Virus record (IMG/VR): IMGVR_UViG_3300025138_000014
Location: 32,001 to 96,000 of that record
Length of the DNA stretch: 64,000 nt
Origin: a virus
Strand: one strand, 5' to 3'
Shown here: positions 27,792 through 37,639 of the stretch, piece by piece
How the letters are laid out: each line of letters opens with the position of its first letter
How positions within the stretch are numbered: the first letter of the stretch is position 1
Position numbers and translations under genes: made by a program
The notes under the pieces: generated by a model
Database searches by the model: none
What the model was told of the DNA's origin: nothing
Seen by the model: the letters and a program-made list of their open reading frames with translations, nothing else

Positions 27792-28206
27792 AACTGAATA
27801 TCAATGCTTCCTGAGTGTTTAATGCACGATGTTTTGTGCCTTTTGGTATTTCTACTTGTTCACCTGGATTTAGTAACTTTGTAGAACCTTCAATTTCTAA
27901 TATTTTATTACCATCGCAGCAATATATTACTACATCTACTGGATCTGTATGTTCTTCAAAAGATGGACCATCAATAGGATTATAAAATATATGCATCGTG
28001 CCTTCATTATAATCAACAATCTTTTCATACATCTCAATTTTTAATGTATTCTTTTCTGCGATTAAAGCCGAAATTTTACCATAATATACCCAATAGTTAT
28101 CTTGTTCAACATACTGTATTCTGTGTTCACTATCTATAACCGAAACATTACAAACATTGAAGCACTGTTCGGAGAGAATAAACTCAAAGAACTGTTCAAA
28201 ATTCAT
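27727..28206 (-). CDS. Cupin/JmjC-like oxygenase
   Basis: SFEEHTDPVDV...G.K...LNPGE.V.IPKGTKHRA. Confidence 0.7.
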   Translation of the reverse strand: MNFEQFFEFILSEQCFNVCNVSVIDSEHRIQYVEQDNYWVYYGKISALIAEKNTLKIEMYEKIVDYNEGTMHIFYNPIDGPSFEEHTDPVDVVIYCCDGNKILEIEGSTKLLNPGEQVEIPKGTKHRALNTQEALIFSYGISDTKIYLRVCEDNGNLQS

Positions 28207-28237
28207 TTTTAAATCCCTACTAAATAATCATATATTA

Positions 28238-28245
28238 TATTTATA
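28238..28245 (-). promoter_or_regulatory. T4-type late promoter for the minus-strand cupin/radical SAM operon
   Basis: TATTTATA on + (TATAAATA on -), 32 bp before the 28206 start. Confidence 0.75.
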
Positions 28246-28262
28246 ACTGCAGTGAGGACTTC

Positions 28263-28847
28263 ATGATAAAGCAAGCATTTGCAACACCCATATCCATAGA
28301 AAAAATTACTGTGGATGATATTGTCGAAACCATCTTTTTAGAATATGATTTATCTAAGCCCCCTGATGATAAGTATAACATATTCGAAGGTGATTGTAAA
28401 CCCGCCGTTAAAGAATTAGAAAAAATAGCCTATGATAGATTTCGTAATTATGTTGACAAAGCATTTGATATTGATATAGACAAATATGAGTCGGCGATGA
28501 AAGCATGGATAACAGGTCATGGGGAACAATATTCTATGGCTATACATAATCATTCTGGTTCTTGGTTCTCTGCTGTATACTATGCACTTGCAGAAGAACA
28601 AGGTCGTGGAGGAGCAATTTCTTTTCATGATCCAAGAACTAATGCAAATCGTGGATATGATGCTAATTTTGCACCACATTTTGCAGCAGAAAAGTTACAA
28701 CCAGAAACTGGAGACCTTGTGATATTTCCATCATTTTTATATCATCATGTAGATCCATATTTCTCAAAATTTAGAATAGCAATTCCAATTGATTTGTATC
28801 TGGCAGATTGGCCAGATGGAAAAGATAATGAAAGAATTTTTGAATGA
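28263..28847 (+). CDS. Putative 2OG-Fe(II) oxygenase (TIGR02466-like)
   Basis: HNHSGSWFSAVYY, F.DPR, GDLVIFPSFLYHHV.P...RIAI. Confidence 0.8.
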   Translation: MIKQAFATPISIEKITVDDIVETIFLEYDLSKPPDDKYNIFEGDCKPAVKELEKIAYDRFRNYVDKAFDIDIDKYESAMKAWITGHGEQYSMAIHNHSGSWFSAVYYALAEEQGRGGAISFHDPRTNANRGYDANFAPHFAAEKLQPETGDLVIFPSFLYHHVDPYFSKFRIAIPIDLYLADWPDGKDNERIFE

Positions 28848-30781
28848 AAAAATTTATTATACACTTAGATGAAGATATTGACCGTAAAAATATATGGGAA
28901 TTTAATAATAGTTGGTTAGAGGATGCTCAATTCGTTAAAGCTATCAATGGTAAAGATATTGACCATCAGTTAATGGAAATAAAAAAGTTTGGAATTAACC
29001 ATACTTGGAGAGATCCATTTAAAAATAGAAGAATTACACGTGGTGAAGTAGGTTGCTTTATATCTCACTATGAAACGTGGAAGCACGTTATTCAAGAAAA
29101 TAAGCCTTGTCTTATTCTTGAAGATGATGCTGTTCTGGATAAAGATTTATGGGATGAAGAAACTTGGCTCTTTCATATGCAAGAACACAAGCTTGATATA
29201 TTATATCTAGGATACAATGAAAATGAACCAAAAGAAGTTGAAGACCTTGGAGATGTTGTTAAAGTAGGTTATCCATATAATGCTCACGCATATATCCTTA
29301 GTCCAGAAATGGCTAATGAATTAGTGTATTCTGGTTATCATCGCAAAATTATTCCAGTAGATGAAATTCTTTCTCAAAAAACTTTAACACATAACCTTGG
29401 CGCATTAAAAGTAGAAGTCGCTGGACAAACTCCAAGAAGTATCTCACCATCTAAAATAGAACCGATGGATGATGACGATTGGTTTTTAAACTTTAAAACC
29501 CATGCTATTACTGTTGGTACCGATAGATCATTGTGCTCTGCTCTTAATGATACTGCAACAGAACAAGGATTTGTTAGTAAGAATTTAGGTTCTAATGTAA
29601 CATGGCGTGGAACGGATATGAGTGGACCGGGTGGTGGCCACAAAATTAACCTAGTCAGAGATCATTTAGATACATTAAATCCGAATGATGTAGTATTATT
29701 CACTGATGCATATGACGTATTCTTTATTAGGTCATTAGAAGAAATTACAAAGCGATATTTATCTATGAGTACTGAAATTGTATTTAGTGCAGAAAGCACA
29801 TGTTGGCCAGATGAAAGTATGACTACTTTACATCCTAAAGCATTATATGATAGTAAATATAAATTTTTAAATGCTGGCGCATATATTGGAAGAGTTGCTA
29901 GTTTAAAAGAATTTTTTGCAGAAAGAGTAGATGACGAAGACGATGATCAGTTGTATATGCAAAGAGTTTGGACGAATAACTTAAAAAGCAAAAAACCACT
30001 TTCTATTACATTAGATTATGAGCAATATATTTTTCAGACTCACGAGCCAGAATGCGTTACTATAGAAAAAGATATTCTAAATCCTATTACAAACACACAC
30101 CCTTGCTTATATCACGGAAACGGCGGACCAGAAGCAAAAGCTAAATTTGCCGAAATGTATAAAGCTATTACTACTCCGAATCGCTTCAAAGCAACAAAGA
30201 GTTTAAAAAGTGAAACAAATAGTGGCGGTCCTATGTTTATTAAACACAGAGGAGCGATAGAAATAATTAGTGATGATATGATGATTATGGACTTTATGAA
30301 TCAGTCTCAGTGTGAAAGAATGATAGAGATTGCAGATAAGAAAAATACTTGGGCACCAATGCCAGAAGATAAGTTTCCAGCATATGAAATTAGATTAACT
30401 GAACTAGGTTTATGGGATGAAATTAGTAGGCATTGGCAAGAGCATGTATTTCCTATTGTAGAAAGATATTGGGCTCCCATGCAGATGTACGGAATGAGAG
30501 ACGGTTTCGTAATGAGGTATTCAGCCGAAACTCAAAAGAGTTTATCAATGCACTGTGATGCATCTATGGTTACTGGTTCAGTTAAATTAAATGAAGAATA
30601 TCAAGGAGCATCATTAAGATTTCCTAGACAAAGAGTGAATAACGATGATGTACCAGTTGGTAAAATGATTCTATTCCCTGGACAAGTTACCCACGGTCAT
30701 GAATGTACCGAACTCACTTCTGGAGTGAAGTATAGCTTGACGATGTGGACTAGCAGGTATCCAGGTGATGTAAATGTATAA
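28844..30781 (+). CDS. GT25 glycosyltransferase + PLOD-type glycosyltransferase + lysyl-hydroxylase-like 2OG-Fe(II) fusion
   Basis: GEVGCFISH...LILEDDA (GT25); GGGHK...LFTDAYD...FSAE..CWPD...FLNAG..IG...DDQL...HGNG (PLOD GT); FVMRY...L.MHCDAS...HGH...G.KY (lysyl hydroxylase). Confidence 0.85.
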   Translation: MKKFIIHLDEDIDRKNIWEFNNSWLEDAQFVKAINGKDIDHQLMEIKKFGINHTWRDPFKNRRITRGEVGCFISHYETWKHVIQENKPCLILEDDAVLDKDLWDEETWLFHMQEHKLDILYLGYNENEPKEVEDLGDVVKVGYPYNAHAYILSPEMANELVYSGYHRKIIPVDEILSQKTLTHNLGALKVEVAGQTPRSISPSKIEPMDDDDWFLNFKTHAITVGTDRSLCSALNDTATEQGFVSKNLGSNVTWRGTDMSGPGGGHKINLVRDHLDTLNPNDVVLFTDAYDVFFIRSLEEITKRYLSMSTEIVFSAESTCWPDESMTTLHPKALYDSKYKFLNAGAYIGRVASLKEFFAERVDDEDDDQLYMQRVWTNNLKSKKPLSITLDYEQYIFQTHEPECVTIEKDILNPITNTHPCLYHGNGGPEAKAKFAEMYKAITTPNRFKATKSLKSETNSGGPMFIKHRGAIEIISDDMMIMDFMNQSQCERMIEIADKKNTWAPMPEDKFPAYEIRLTELGLWDEISRHWQEHVFPIVERYWAPMQMYGMRDGFVMRYSAETQKSLSMHCDASMVTGSVKLNEEYQGASLRFPRQRVNNDDVPVGKMILFPGQVTHGHECTELTSGVKYSLTMWTSRYPGDVNV

Positions 30782-30784
30782 ATA
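30777..30784 (+). promoter_or_regulatory. T4-type late promoter
   Basis: TATAAATA upstream of gp13. Confidence 0.8.
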
Positions 30785-30817
30785 GAAGAAACAAAAACTT
30801 TAGTTTAGGATTAAGCA

Positions 30818-31570
30818 ATGGCGATTAACTCAAAGCAAACTCTAATTGATTATTGTAAACGGCGTCTGGGTGATCCCGTAATTGAGATTAATGTTGATGA
30901 AGATCAAGTAGATGATAGAATAGACGAAGCACTAGATTTATTTAAAGAGTTTCATTCCGATGGTGTTTTAAAAATGTATTTGAAACATCAAATTACAGCG
31001 GATGATGTCACGAATGGATATATTAGTGTTGCTTCTGACGTTGCTCATGTAACTAGAATGATGGCGGGTAGTTCAAGTAACTCTACAATGGGTGGAAGCT
31101 GGAGTGTTAAATATCAGCTAATGCTTAATGACGTTATGAACTATTCTACTTGGATGGCAGACCTTGCATACTATACTATGATTCAAACTAACCTAGCTAT
31201 GCTTGATATGCAACTTAATGGTTTACCGATTGTAAATTTCAGTCAACACGCAAATAAAGTTTATATTCACGGCGAGTTTGAAACTAAGTCCATTAAAGCG
31301 GGCGACTATGTAGTTTTTGAAATATATCAGGTTCTTGACCCAGATACACATACATCAATATATAATGATAAATTCATTAAGGCTATGTCTACAGCTCTTA
31401 TCAAACAGCAGTGGGGAACTAATCTTTCCAAGTTTGAGGGGATGCAACTTCCAGGTGGTGTTACGATGAATGGTGCAACTATTTACGAACAAGCTACAGC
31501 TGAAGTTGAAAAGCTGAAAGAAGATTTAAGAATGGAACACGAATTACCAGCAGACTTTTTTGTAGGATAA
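30818..31570 (+). CDS. gp13: Neck protein gp13
   Basis: LIDYC.RRLG.PVIEINV; KQQWG.NL.KF.G.QLPGGVT.NG; synteny. Confidence 0.92.
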   Translation: MAINSKQTLIDYCKRRLGDPVIEINVDEDQVDDRIDEALDLFKEFHSDGVLKMYLKHQITADDVTNGYISVASDVAHVTRMMAGSSSNSTMGGSWSVKYQLMLNDVMNYSTWMADLAYYTMIQTNLAMLDMQLNGLPIVNFSQHANKVYIHGEFETKSIKAGDYVVFEIYQVLDPDTHTSIYNDKFIKAMSTALIKQQWGTNLSKFEGMQLPGGVTMNGATIYEQATAEVEKLKEDLRMEHELPADFFVG

Positions 31571-31576
31571 TATTAA

Positions 31577-32503
31577 ATGGCACGTAACTTATATTTTTCG
31601 GCTGGACATAAACAAGAGCAAAATCTATATGAAGATTTAATCATTGAATCTTTAAAGATTTATGGTCAAGACCTATATTACTTGCCAAGAGATTTAGTGA
31701 AAATAGATGATGTATTCAGAGAGGATCCAGCATCTAAATTTAACTCATCTTATATGATGGAAATGTATGTTGATAATCAAGAAGGATATGACGGAGAAGG
31801 AGATTTATTCTCAAAGTTCGGAATAGAAATCAGAGATGCTATTAATATCACTTTATCACGTAAAAGATGGGAAAATGCAGTAAAGAGATATGATAATGAA
31901 ATAAAAGGCGCTAGACCATTTGAGGGTGATTTAATCTTTGTTCCATTTTCTAAAAAGATATTTCAGATTATGCACGTTGAACATGAGCAACCTTTTTATC
32001 AACTTGGTAATTTACCTATCTATAAACTACGTTGCGAAATGTTTGAATATTCTGATCAAGACTTTGATACAGGTCTTGACGTTATTCAAGATATTGAAAC
32101 ACAAAGATCATACACATTTAATCTTAAACTAGACAGCTCGGGTGGTGGTTGGAGTGTAGGTGAACAAGTAACACAAACCTTAGCAACTGGAGTTATTATG
32201 TCGGGGGAAGTTTCCGCTTATAACGATTCAGATAAAATTGTTAGTATTATCCATGCTGGCGCTAACGACGGTAAATATCACCAGTTTGTCACAGGGCTTA
32301 ATCTAATCGGAGGCACTGATCTAAGACCAGATCAGCCAGGCACTGATGTACGCAATACAATTAATGTTAATCAAGTAACTGAAAGCCATGGTGATTCTGA
32401 TATGAATACATCTGGTGTTTTTCAGAATACTATATTTAAAAATGAAACAACAGGGTTCCTAGACTTTTCGGAGTCTAATCCATTCGGCGAGGTTGATCAA
32501 TAA
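31577..32503 (+). CDS. gp14: Neck protein gp14
   Basis: EQ.LYEDL..ESLKIYGQD.YYLPR; SKFG; RPFEGDLI; DFSESNPFG. Confidence 0.92.
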   Translation: MARNLYFSAGHKQEQNLYEDLIIESLKIYGQDLYYLPRDLVKIDDVFREDPASKFNSSYMMEMYVDNQEGYDGEGDLFSKFGIEIRDAINITLSRKRWENAVKRYDNEIKGARPFEGDLIFVPFSKKIFQIMHVEHEQPFYQLGNLPIYKLRCEMFEYSDQDFDTGLDVIQDIETQRSYTFNLKLDSSGGGWSVGEQVTQTLATGVIMSGEVSAYNDSDKIVSIIHAGANDGKYHQFVTGLNLIGGTDLRPDQPGTDVRNTINVNQVTESHGDSDMNTSGVFQNTIFKNETTGFLDFSESNPFGEVDQ

Positions 32504-33285
32504 TGTTTGGAACTTATTTCTACCACCAAAAAATGAGAAAGTGTGTTTCAACATTCGGTTCTCTTTTTAACAATTTATATGTTATTCGTCAAGATGCTAG
32601 TGGACAAGTTATTAATACACAAAAAGTACCTCTTGCTTATGCTTCAAGAGAAAAGTTTTTGGAGAGGATTAGAACACATGCAAATTTAGATGATGAGAAT
32701 ATAGCAATTAAACTTCCACGTATGTCTTTTGAGATGACGTCAATTATGTATGACTCAACTAGACAACTTAATAAGATGCATAGACAATTAAAAACAGGTG
32801 ATGGTCCGACAAAACGTGGTAAAATAAACTCACCAGTTCCATATATTATGATGTTTACATTGAATATATACACCAATACACAAGATGATGCTTTACAGAT
32901 TGTAGAACAAATTGTACCATTTTTTAGTCCGCAATATACAGTTACCATGAAACCTTTTGCAGAATATAGTGATGTAAAGGAAGATATTCCTGTAACTCTT
33001 ATGGGAGTCAATTTTACAGACGATGTAGAAGGTTCTATGGAATCAAGAAGAACCATTATGTATACACTAGACTTTGAACTCAAGATGCAGTTTAACGGAC
33101 CGATAAGTACCGATAATAGTATTATTACAAAAACCATTACTGAATTTGAAATTGAGAAAATAGGAACAACTACATTTAGACAAATAATAACTCCAAATCC
33201 AGCTGCTATTCTATATGATTCAGATTATGGATTTGTACGAAATGATTATGACTTTACAGTAAAGATTACAGATGACATCAGTTAA
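32503..33285 (+). CDS. gp15: Tail sheath stabiliser/terminator gp15
   Basis: MFGTYFYH; FGSLFN; KVPLAY; LPRMSFE; QIVEQI.PFF.P. Confidence 0.92.
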   Translation: MFGTYFYHQKMRKCVSTFGSLFNNLYVIRQDASGQVINTQKVPLAYASREKFLERIRTHANLDDENIAIKLPRMSFEMTSIMYDSTRQLNKMHRQLKTGDGPTKRGKINSPVPYIMMFTLNIYTNTQDDALQIVEQIVPFFSPQYTVTMKPFAEYSDVKEDIPVTLMGVNFTDDVEGSMESRRTIMYTLDFELKMQFNGPISTDNSIITKTITEFEIEKIGTTTFRQIITPNPAAILYDSDYGFVRNDYDFTVKITDDIS

Positions 33286-33640
33286 TAAAAATATACAAAG
33301 CGATTATGATGAGTCCAAAGAAACTTATAAAGAGTTGATTGAAAAGGGACGAGACGGTATTGAGATGATGATGGAAGTTGCTCGGGAGTCAGAACACCCT
33401 AGAGCATTTGAAGTATTATCAGGCATGATAAAAAATGTTTCAGATGTTAATGATAGATTAATGGATCTGAATAAAAAGATGAAAGACATTACTGGAGAAG
33501 AAAAAGCCGCTCGGATTGAAACAACTAATAATAATGTTTTTATTGGTACATCTACCGATCTACAAAGATTGTTGAAAGATGTTAAAGATAAAGAAACCAT
33601 TGATATAACTCCAGAGGAAAATAATGGAAGCAGTAAATGA
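33272..33640 (+). CDS. gp16: Terminase small subunit gp16
   Basis: ESEHPRAFEV; NNVFIG.STDLQ. Confidence 0.9.
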   Translation: MTSVNKNIQSDYDESKETYKELIEKGRDGIEMMMEVARESEHPRAFEVLSGMIKNVSDVNDRLMDLNKKMKDITGEEKAARIETTNNNVFIGTSTDLQRLLKDVKDKETIDITPEENNGSSK

Positions 33641-35225
33641 TGGTTATCTAGGTAATAGCCAAGTAAAAAAAGATGGTGTAATTACTGATTGGACACCTGA
33701 CGCAATTATAGAATATAAAAAATGTATGGGAGATCCCATTTATTTTGCCAAGACTTATTGTAAAGTTATATCTCTTGATAAAGGTCTTGTTAATTTTGAT
33801 CTATATCCATATCAAGAAGATATGTTCAATCACTTCCATAATAACAGATTCTCAATAGTTCTTGCTTGTAGACAGTCTGGTAAATCTATCTCATCTGTTG
33901 CTTATTTACTTTGGTATGCTATATTTAATTCAGAAAAAGTTGTCGCTGTTTTAGCCAACAAAGGCGCTACTGCAAGAGAGATGTTAGCTAGGGTTACACT
34001 TATGCTAGAAAATCTACCTTACTTTCTGCAGCCTGGTACAAAAGTATTAAACAAAGGTTCAATCGAGTTTAGTAATAATTCAAAGATTGTTGCTTCGGCA
34101 ACTTCTGGTTCTTCTATTCGTGGTCTATCTATCTCATTATTGTTTTTGGATGAGTTTGCTTTTATTGAGAATGATGCCACTTTTTACACATCTACATATC
34201 CAGTTATTTCATCAGGTAAAGATACCAGAATTATTATAACATCTACAGCTAACGGTATCGGTAATGTCTTTGAGAAAATTTGGTCTGGTGCGGTTCAAGG
34301 TGTTAATGATTATAAACCCTACAGAGTAGATTGGTGGGACGTTCCTGGTCGAGATGATAAGTGGAAACAGGAGACTATTAACAACACGTCTCAACTTCAG
34401 TTTGATCAAGAGTTTGGAAATACATTCTTTGGTACCGGAGATACACTTATTAATGCTGAGACATTAATGAATTTAAGAGCAGCTGCACCAATACACGTAA
34501 TTGGCGATGTTAAAGTATATCACGATGTTAAACCAGGCCATGATTATGTCATGGTAGTTGATGTTGCGAAGGGAAGAGGCCAGGACTATTCTACGTTTAA
34601 CGTGATCGATATTACCACCAGGCCATTTAGGCAAGTGGCCGTTTATCGCAATAATCTTATCTCTCCAATCCTCTTCCCTGATATTATATATAAGTATGCA
34701 AATGTGTACAACGAAGCATATGTTATAGTTGAATCGAATGACCAAGGATCAGTTGTTTGTAATGGACTATATCACGAAATGGAATATGAAAACTTACACG
34801 TTGAGTCTGCTATTAAAGCAAATGCTCTTGGCGTTGAAATGTCCAGAAAGATAAAAAGGATTGGTTGTTCAGCATTTAAAGATGTTCTGGAAACAGGCAG
34901 ACTAGAGATTGTAGATGAGCAAACTATTTTGGAAATTTCTACATTTGAGGCTAGTGGTTCTTCATATTCAGCATCTAATGGTAACCATGACGACTTAGTT
35001 ATGAACTTTGTTTTATTTGGTCACTTTATCGGTTCAATGGTTTTCACCGATATGACTGATATTAATCTTAAAGATATGCTATTTAATCAACAAATGAAAG
35101 CCATATATGATGATATTTTACCATTAGGTATTATTGATAACGGTTTAGAACATGAAGTTGCAGCAATAGATCCGGGTAAGGGTAATTGGTCTATAGAAAA
35201 AGACTGGCGGAATGATGGGTTTTAA
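33624..35225 (+). CDS. gp17: Terminase large subunit gp17
   Basis: RQSGKS Walker A; LDEFAF; STANG; DVAKGRGQDYS; HDDLVM. Confidence 0.95.
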   Translation: MEAVNDGYLGNSQVKKDGVITDWTPDAIIEYKKCMGDPIYFAKTYCKVISLDKGLVNFDLYPYQEDMFNHFHNNRFSIVLACRQSGKSISSVAYLLWYAIFNSEKVVAVLANKGATAREMLARVTLMLENLPYFLQPGTKVLNKGSIEFSNNSKIVASATSGSSIRGLSISLLFLDEFAFIENDATFYTSTYPVISSGKDTRIIITSTANGIGNVFEKIWSGAVQGVNDYKPYRVDWWDVPGRDDKWKQETINNTSQLQFDQEFGNTFFGTGDTLINAETLMNLRAAAPIHVIGDVKVYHDVKPGHDYVMVVDVAKGRGQDYSTFNVIDITTRPFRQVAVYRNNLISPILFPDIIYKYANVYNEAYVIVESNDQGSVVCNGLYHEMEYENLHVESAIKANALGVEMSRKIKRIGCSAFKDVLETGRLEIVDEQTILEISTFEASGSSYSASNGNHDDLVMNFVLFGHFIGSMVFTDMTDINLKDMLFNQQMKAIYDDILPLGIIDNGLEHEVAAIDPGKGNWSIEKDWRNDGF

Positions 35226-35230
35226 AATCT

Positions 35231-35238
35231 TATAAATA
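35231..35238 (+). promoter_or_regulatory. T4-type late promoter
   Basis: TATAAATA upstream of gp18. Confidence 0.8.
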
Positions 35239-35296
35239 AAGATAATAATTGAAAATTCGTATTATGAATCCGCATATTAACTAAAGGAACACAAAT

Positions 35297-37021
35297 ATGG
35301 CTATTGGAACACCCTCCCAATCACCAGCTATTATCGTCAAAGAGATTGACTTATCGGGTGTAGTACCCAATGTTCAATCTACTACAGGCGCAATAGTTGG
35401 TAATTTCCGTTGGGGTCCTATCGGAGAAAGAGTTAGAATTGGTTCAGAAACCTCTCTTGCTGCTGCATTCGGTAACCCTGATTTAGACAACACAATCGAC
35501 TTTCACTCTGCCGCTTATTATCTAAGATATTCAAGCGACTTGTTTGTTACACGTGAAGCAACCACCGCTGCGATTAATGCGCACTCATCTTTTGCTACCG
35601 GAACAAACCCACTAATTAAAAACAGAGCTGACTTTGATGCCAAGATGGCATCTCTGGAATCAGACGGTCACACATTTATTGCTAAATGGGCCGGAACAGC
35701 AGGTAACGGACTTAGAGTTTCCGTATGCCCATCAGATACAACACAGTTTAACAGCTGGGCTTATAACTCATCTTTTGATAGAGCACCAGGTTCATCGGCC
35801 TTTGCAACAGATCGTGGCGCTTCGGACGACGAAGTACACATTGCAGTCATTGATGAAAATGCACAATTTGGTCCAAAAGATGCTGTTCTTGAAATATTCC
35901 CTCACGTATCTATTACAAAAGATGCAAAGAATGCAGATGGTTCATCTAACTTCCTCAGAGACGTTGTAAACAACGGATCTAACTATGTTTGGTGTGCAGG
36001 CTTTGATGCAGCTTATACTACAGCTGGAGCAAACACTACTACTGATTCTGGAGACGATTTCAGTCTAGCATCCCCTGCAGTTATAAACTATGACATGGTT
36101 ACAGGCGAAAACTCTGCTACCTTAACACCTAGTGAATATGCAACTGGATTTGATATTTACGAAGATGCAGATACAGTACAAGTTGACTTCTTAATTGCAC
36201 CTGGTATGAATGCTTCCGGTGATCAGGCTACAGTTACAAATGATCTAGTTGCGATTGCATCAGCACGTAAAGATTGTTTAGTTGTTTCTTCTCCTAACAG
36301 AGCAGCTGTTGTTGGAGTTAATAATCCAGCTACTATTACAAATAATGTAACAACTACTGCGAACACATTTACATTCAAGAACAACCTGGTAGTTGATAAT
36401 AACTATCTAAAAGTTTACGATAAGTATAATGATCAATATATTAAAATTGCTGCTTCATCATCCACTGCCGGTATTATGGCGGCTGCAGATGCTAATGCTG
36501 CTCCATGGGTTTCACCAGCTGGTGCAAGGCGTGGTAATTATTTGGGTATTACTTCAATTGAATATAGCCCAAACAAAACTCAGCGTGATACATTGTATAA
36601 AGCAGGCATAAACCCAATTTCAAATATCCCAGGTCAAGGTGTTTTACTCTTCGGAGATAAGACTCACGAATCAAGACCATCAGCTTTCGATAGGATTAAC
36701 GTCCGAAGACTGTTCTTTGTACTAGAAAGAGCAATTGCAGAAGCCGCTAAAAATGTTATGTTTGAGTTGAACGATGAGTTTACCAGAGCAGAATTTACTA
36801 ATATCGTCGAACCATTCCTAAGGGAAGTTAAGGGCCGACGTGGTATTACAGATTTCAGAGTTGTTTGTGACGAAACAAATAACACTGCTAATATCATCGA
36901 CACTAACCAATTTGTTGCGACAATCTTCATTAAGCCCGCACGTTCTATTAACTTTATCACATTGAACTTTGTGGCAGTTAGAAGTGGCGTTGAGTTTGAA
37001 GAAGTTGTTGGAACTGTATAA
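35297..37021 (+). CDS. gp18: Tail sheath protein gp18
   Basis: SP...VKEIDLS; FRWGP; SPAG..RG; SAFDRINVRRLF; IKPARSINFITLNF. Confidence 0.95.
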   Translation: MAIGTPSQSPAIIVKEIDLSGVVPNVQSTTGAIVGNFRWGPIGERVRIGSETSLAAAFGNPDLDNTIDFHSAAYYLRYSSDLFVTREATTAAINAHSSFATGTNPLIKNRADFDAKMASLESDGHTFIAKWAGTAGNGLRVSVCPSDTTQFNSWAYNSSFDRAPGSSAFATDRGASDDEVHIAVIDENAQFGPKDAVLEIFPHVSITKDAKNADGSSNFLRDVVNNGSNYVWCAGFDAAYTTAGANTTTDSGDDFSLASPAVINYDMVTGENSATLTPSEYATGFDIYEDADTVQVDFLIAPGMNASGDQATVTNDLVAIASARKDCLVVSSPNRAAVVGVNNPATITNNVTTTANTFTFKNNLVVDNNYLKVYDKYNDQYIKIAASSSTAGIMAAADANAAPWVSPAGARRGNYLGITSIEYSPNKTQRDTLYKAGINPISNIPGQGVLLFGDKTHESRPSAFDRINVRRLFFVLERAIAEAAKNVMFELNDEFTRAEFTNIVEPFLREVKGRRGITDFRVVCDETNNTANIIDTNQFVATIFIKPARSINFITLNFVAVRSGVEFEEVVGTV

Positions 37022-37042
37022 TAGCGCGGAAAGGGAAATAAA

Positions 37043-37570
37043 ATGGCTATTTTAGGCGTAGACGATTTCAAAGCCAAGCTAGCTGGCGGAGGCGCAAGAC
37101 CGAATCTTTTTAAAGTAACGGTCAACTTTCCAGCTTATGCAGGCGGAGATGTCGAGAACACATCTTTTATGTGTAAAGGAGCCCAGTTACCGGGCTCAAC
37201 GATTGCACCAATCGCGGTACCATTCCGCGGTCGGTTCTTAAATATTGCAGGTGATAGAACATTCGAACCATGGACTGTATCAATTATTAATGATACAGAT
37301 TTCAAAACTAGAGATGCTATGGAAAGATGGATGAACGGGATGAACGGACACAGTACAAATACTGGTCTAGTAAACCCCAGCGATTACCAAGCCGATATGA
37401 TTGTAGATCAATTGGATCGTGATGAGAGTGTTCTCAAGCGATATAACTTTAGAGGCGCTTTCCCTACGAATGTTGCTCCTATTGATCTTAACTATGAGAC
37501 TACAGGTGCTATTGAGGAATTCACTGTTGAATTCCAAATCCAGTACTGGGAATCAAATACCACTTCCTAA
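37043..37570 (+). CDS. gp19: Tail tube protein gp19
   Basis: GGARPNLF; FRGR...AGDRTFEPW. Confidence 0.95.
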   Translation: MAILGVDDFKAKLAGGGARPNLFKVTVNFPAYAGGDVENTSFMCKGAQLPGSTIAPIAVPFRGRFLNIAGDRTFEPWTVSIINDTDFKTRDAMERWMNGMNGHSTNTGLVNPSDYQADMIVDQLDRDESVLKRYNFRGAFPTNVAPIDLNYETTGAIEEFTVEFQIQYWESNTTS

Positions 37571-37576
37571 AGTGAG

Positions 37577-37584
37577 TATAAATA
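37577..37584 (+). promoter_or_regulatory. T4-type late promoter followed by a leader hairpin (37589-37614)
   Basis: TATAAATA, then GGTAGAGG...CCTCTACC. Confidence 0.75.
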
Positions 37585-37639
37585 AAATGGTAGAGGGATT
37601 AATTTTCCTCTACCTAACTTTAAAATTTGGATGTTTAAA

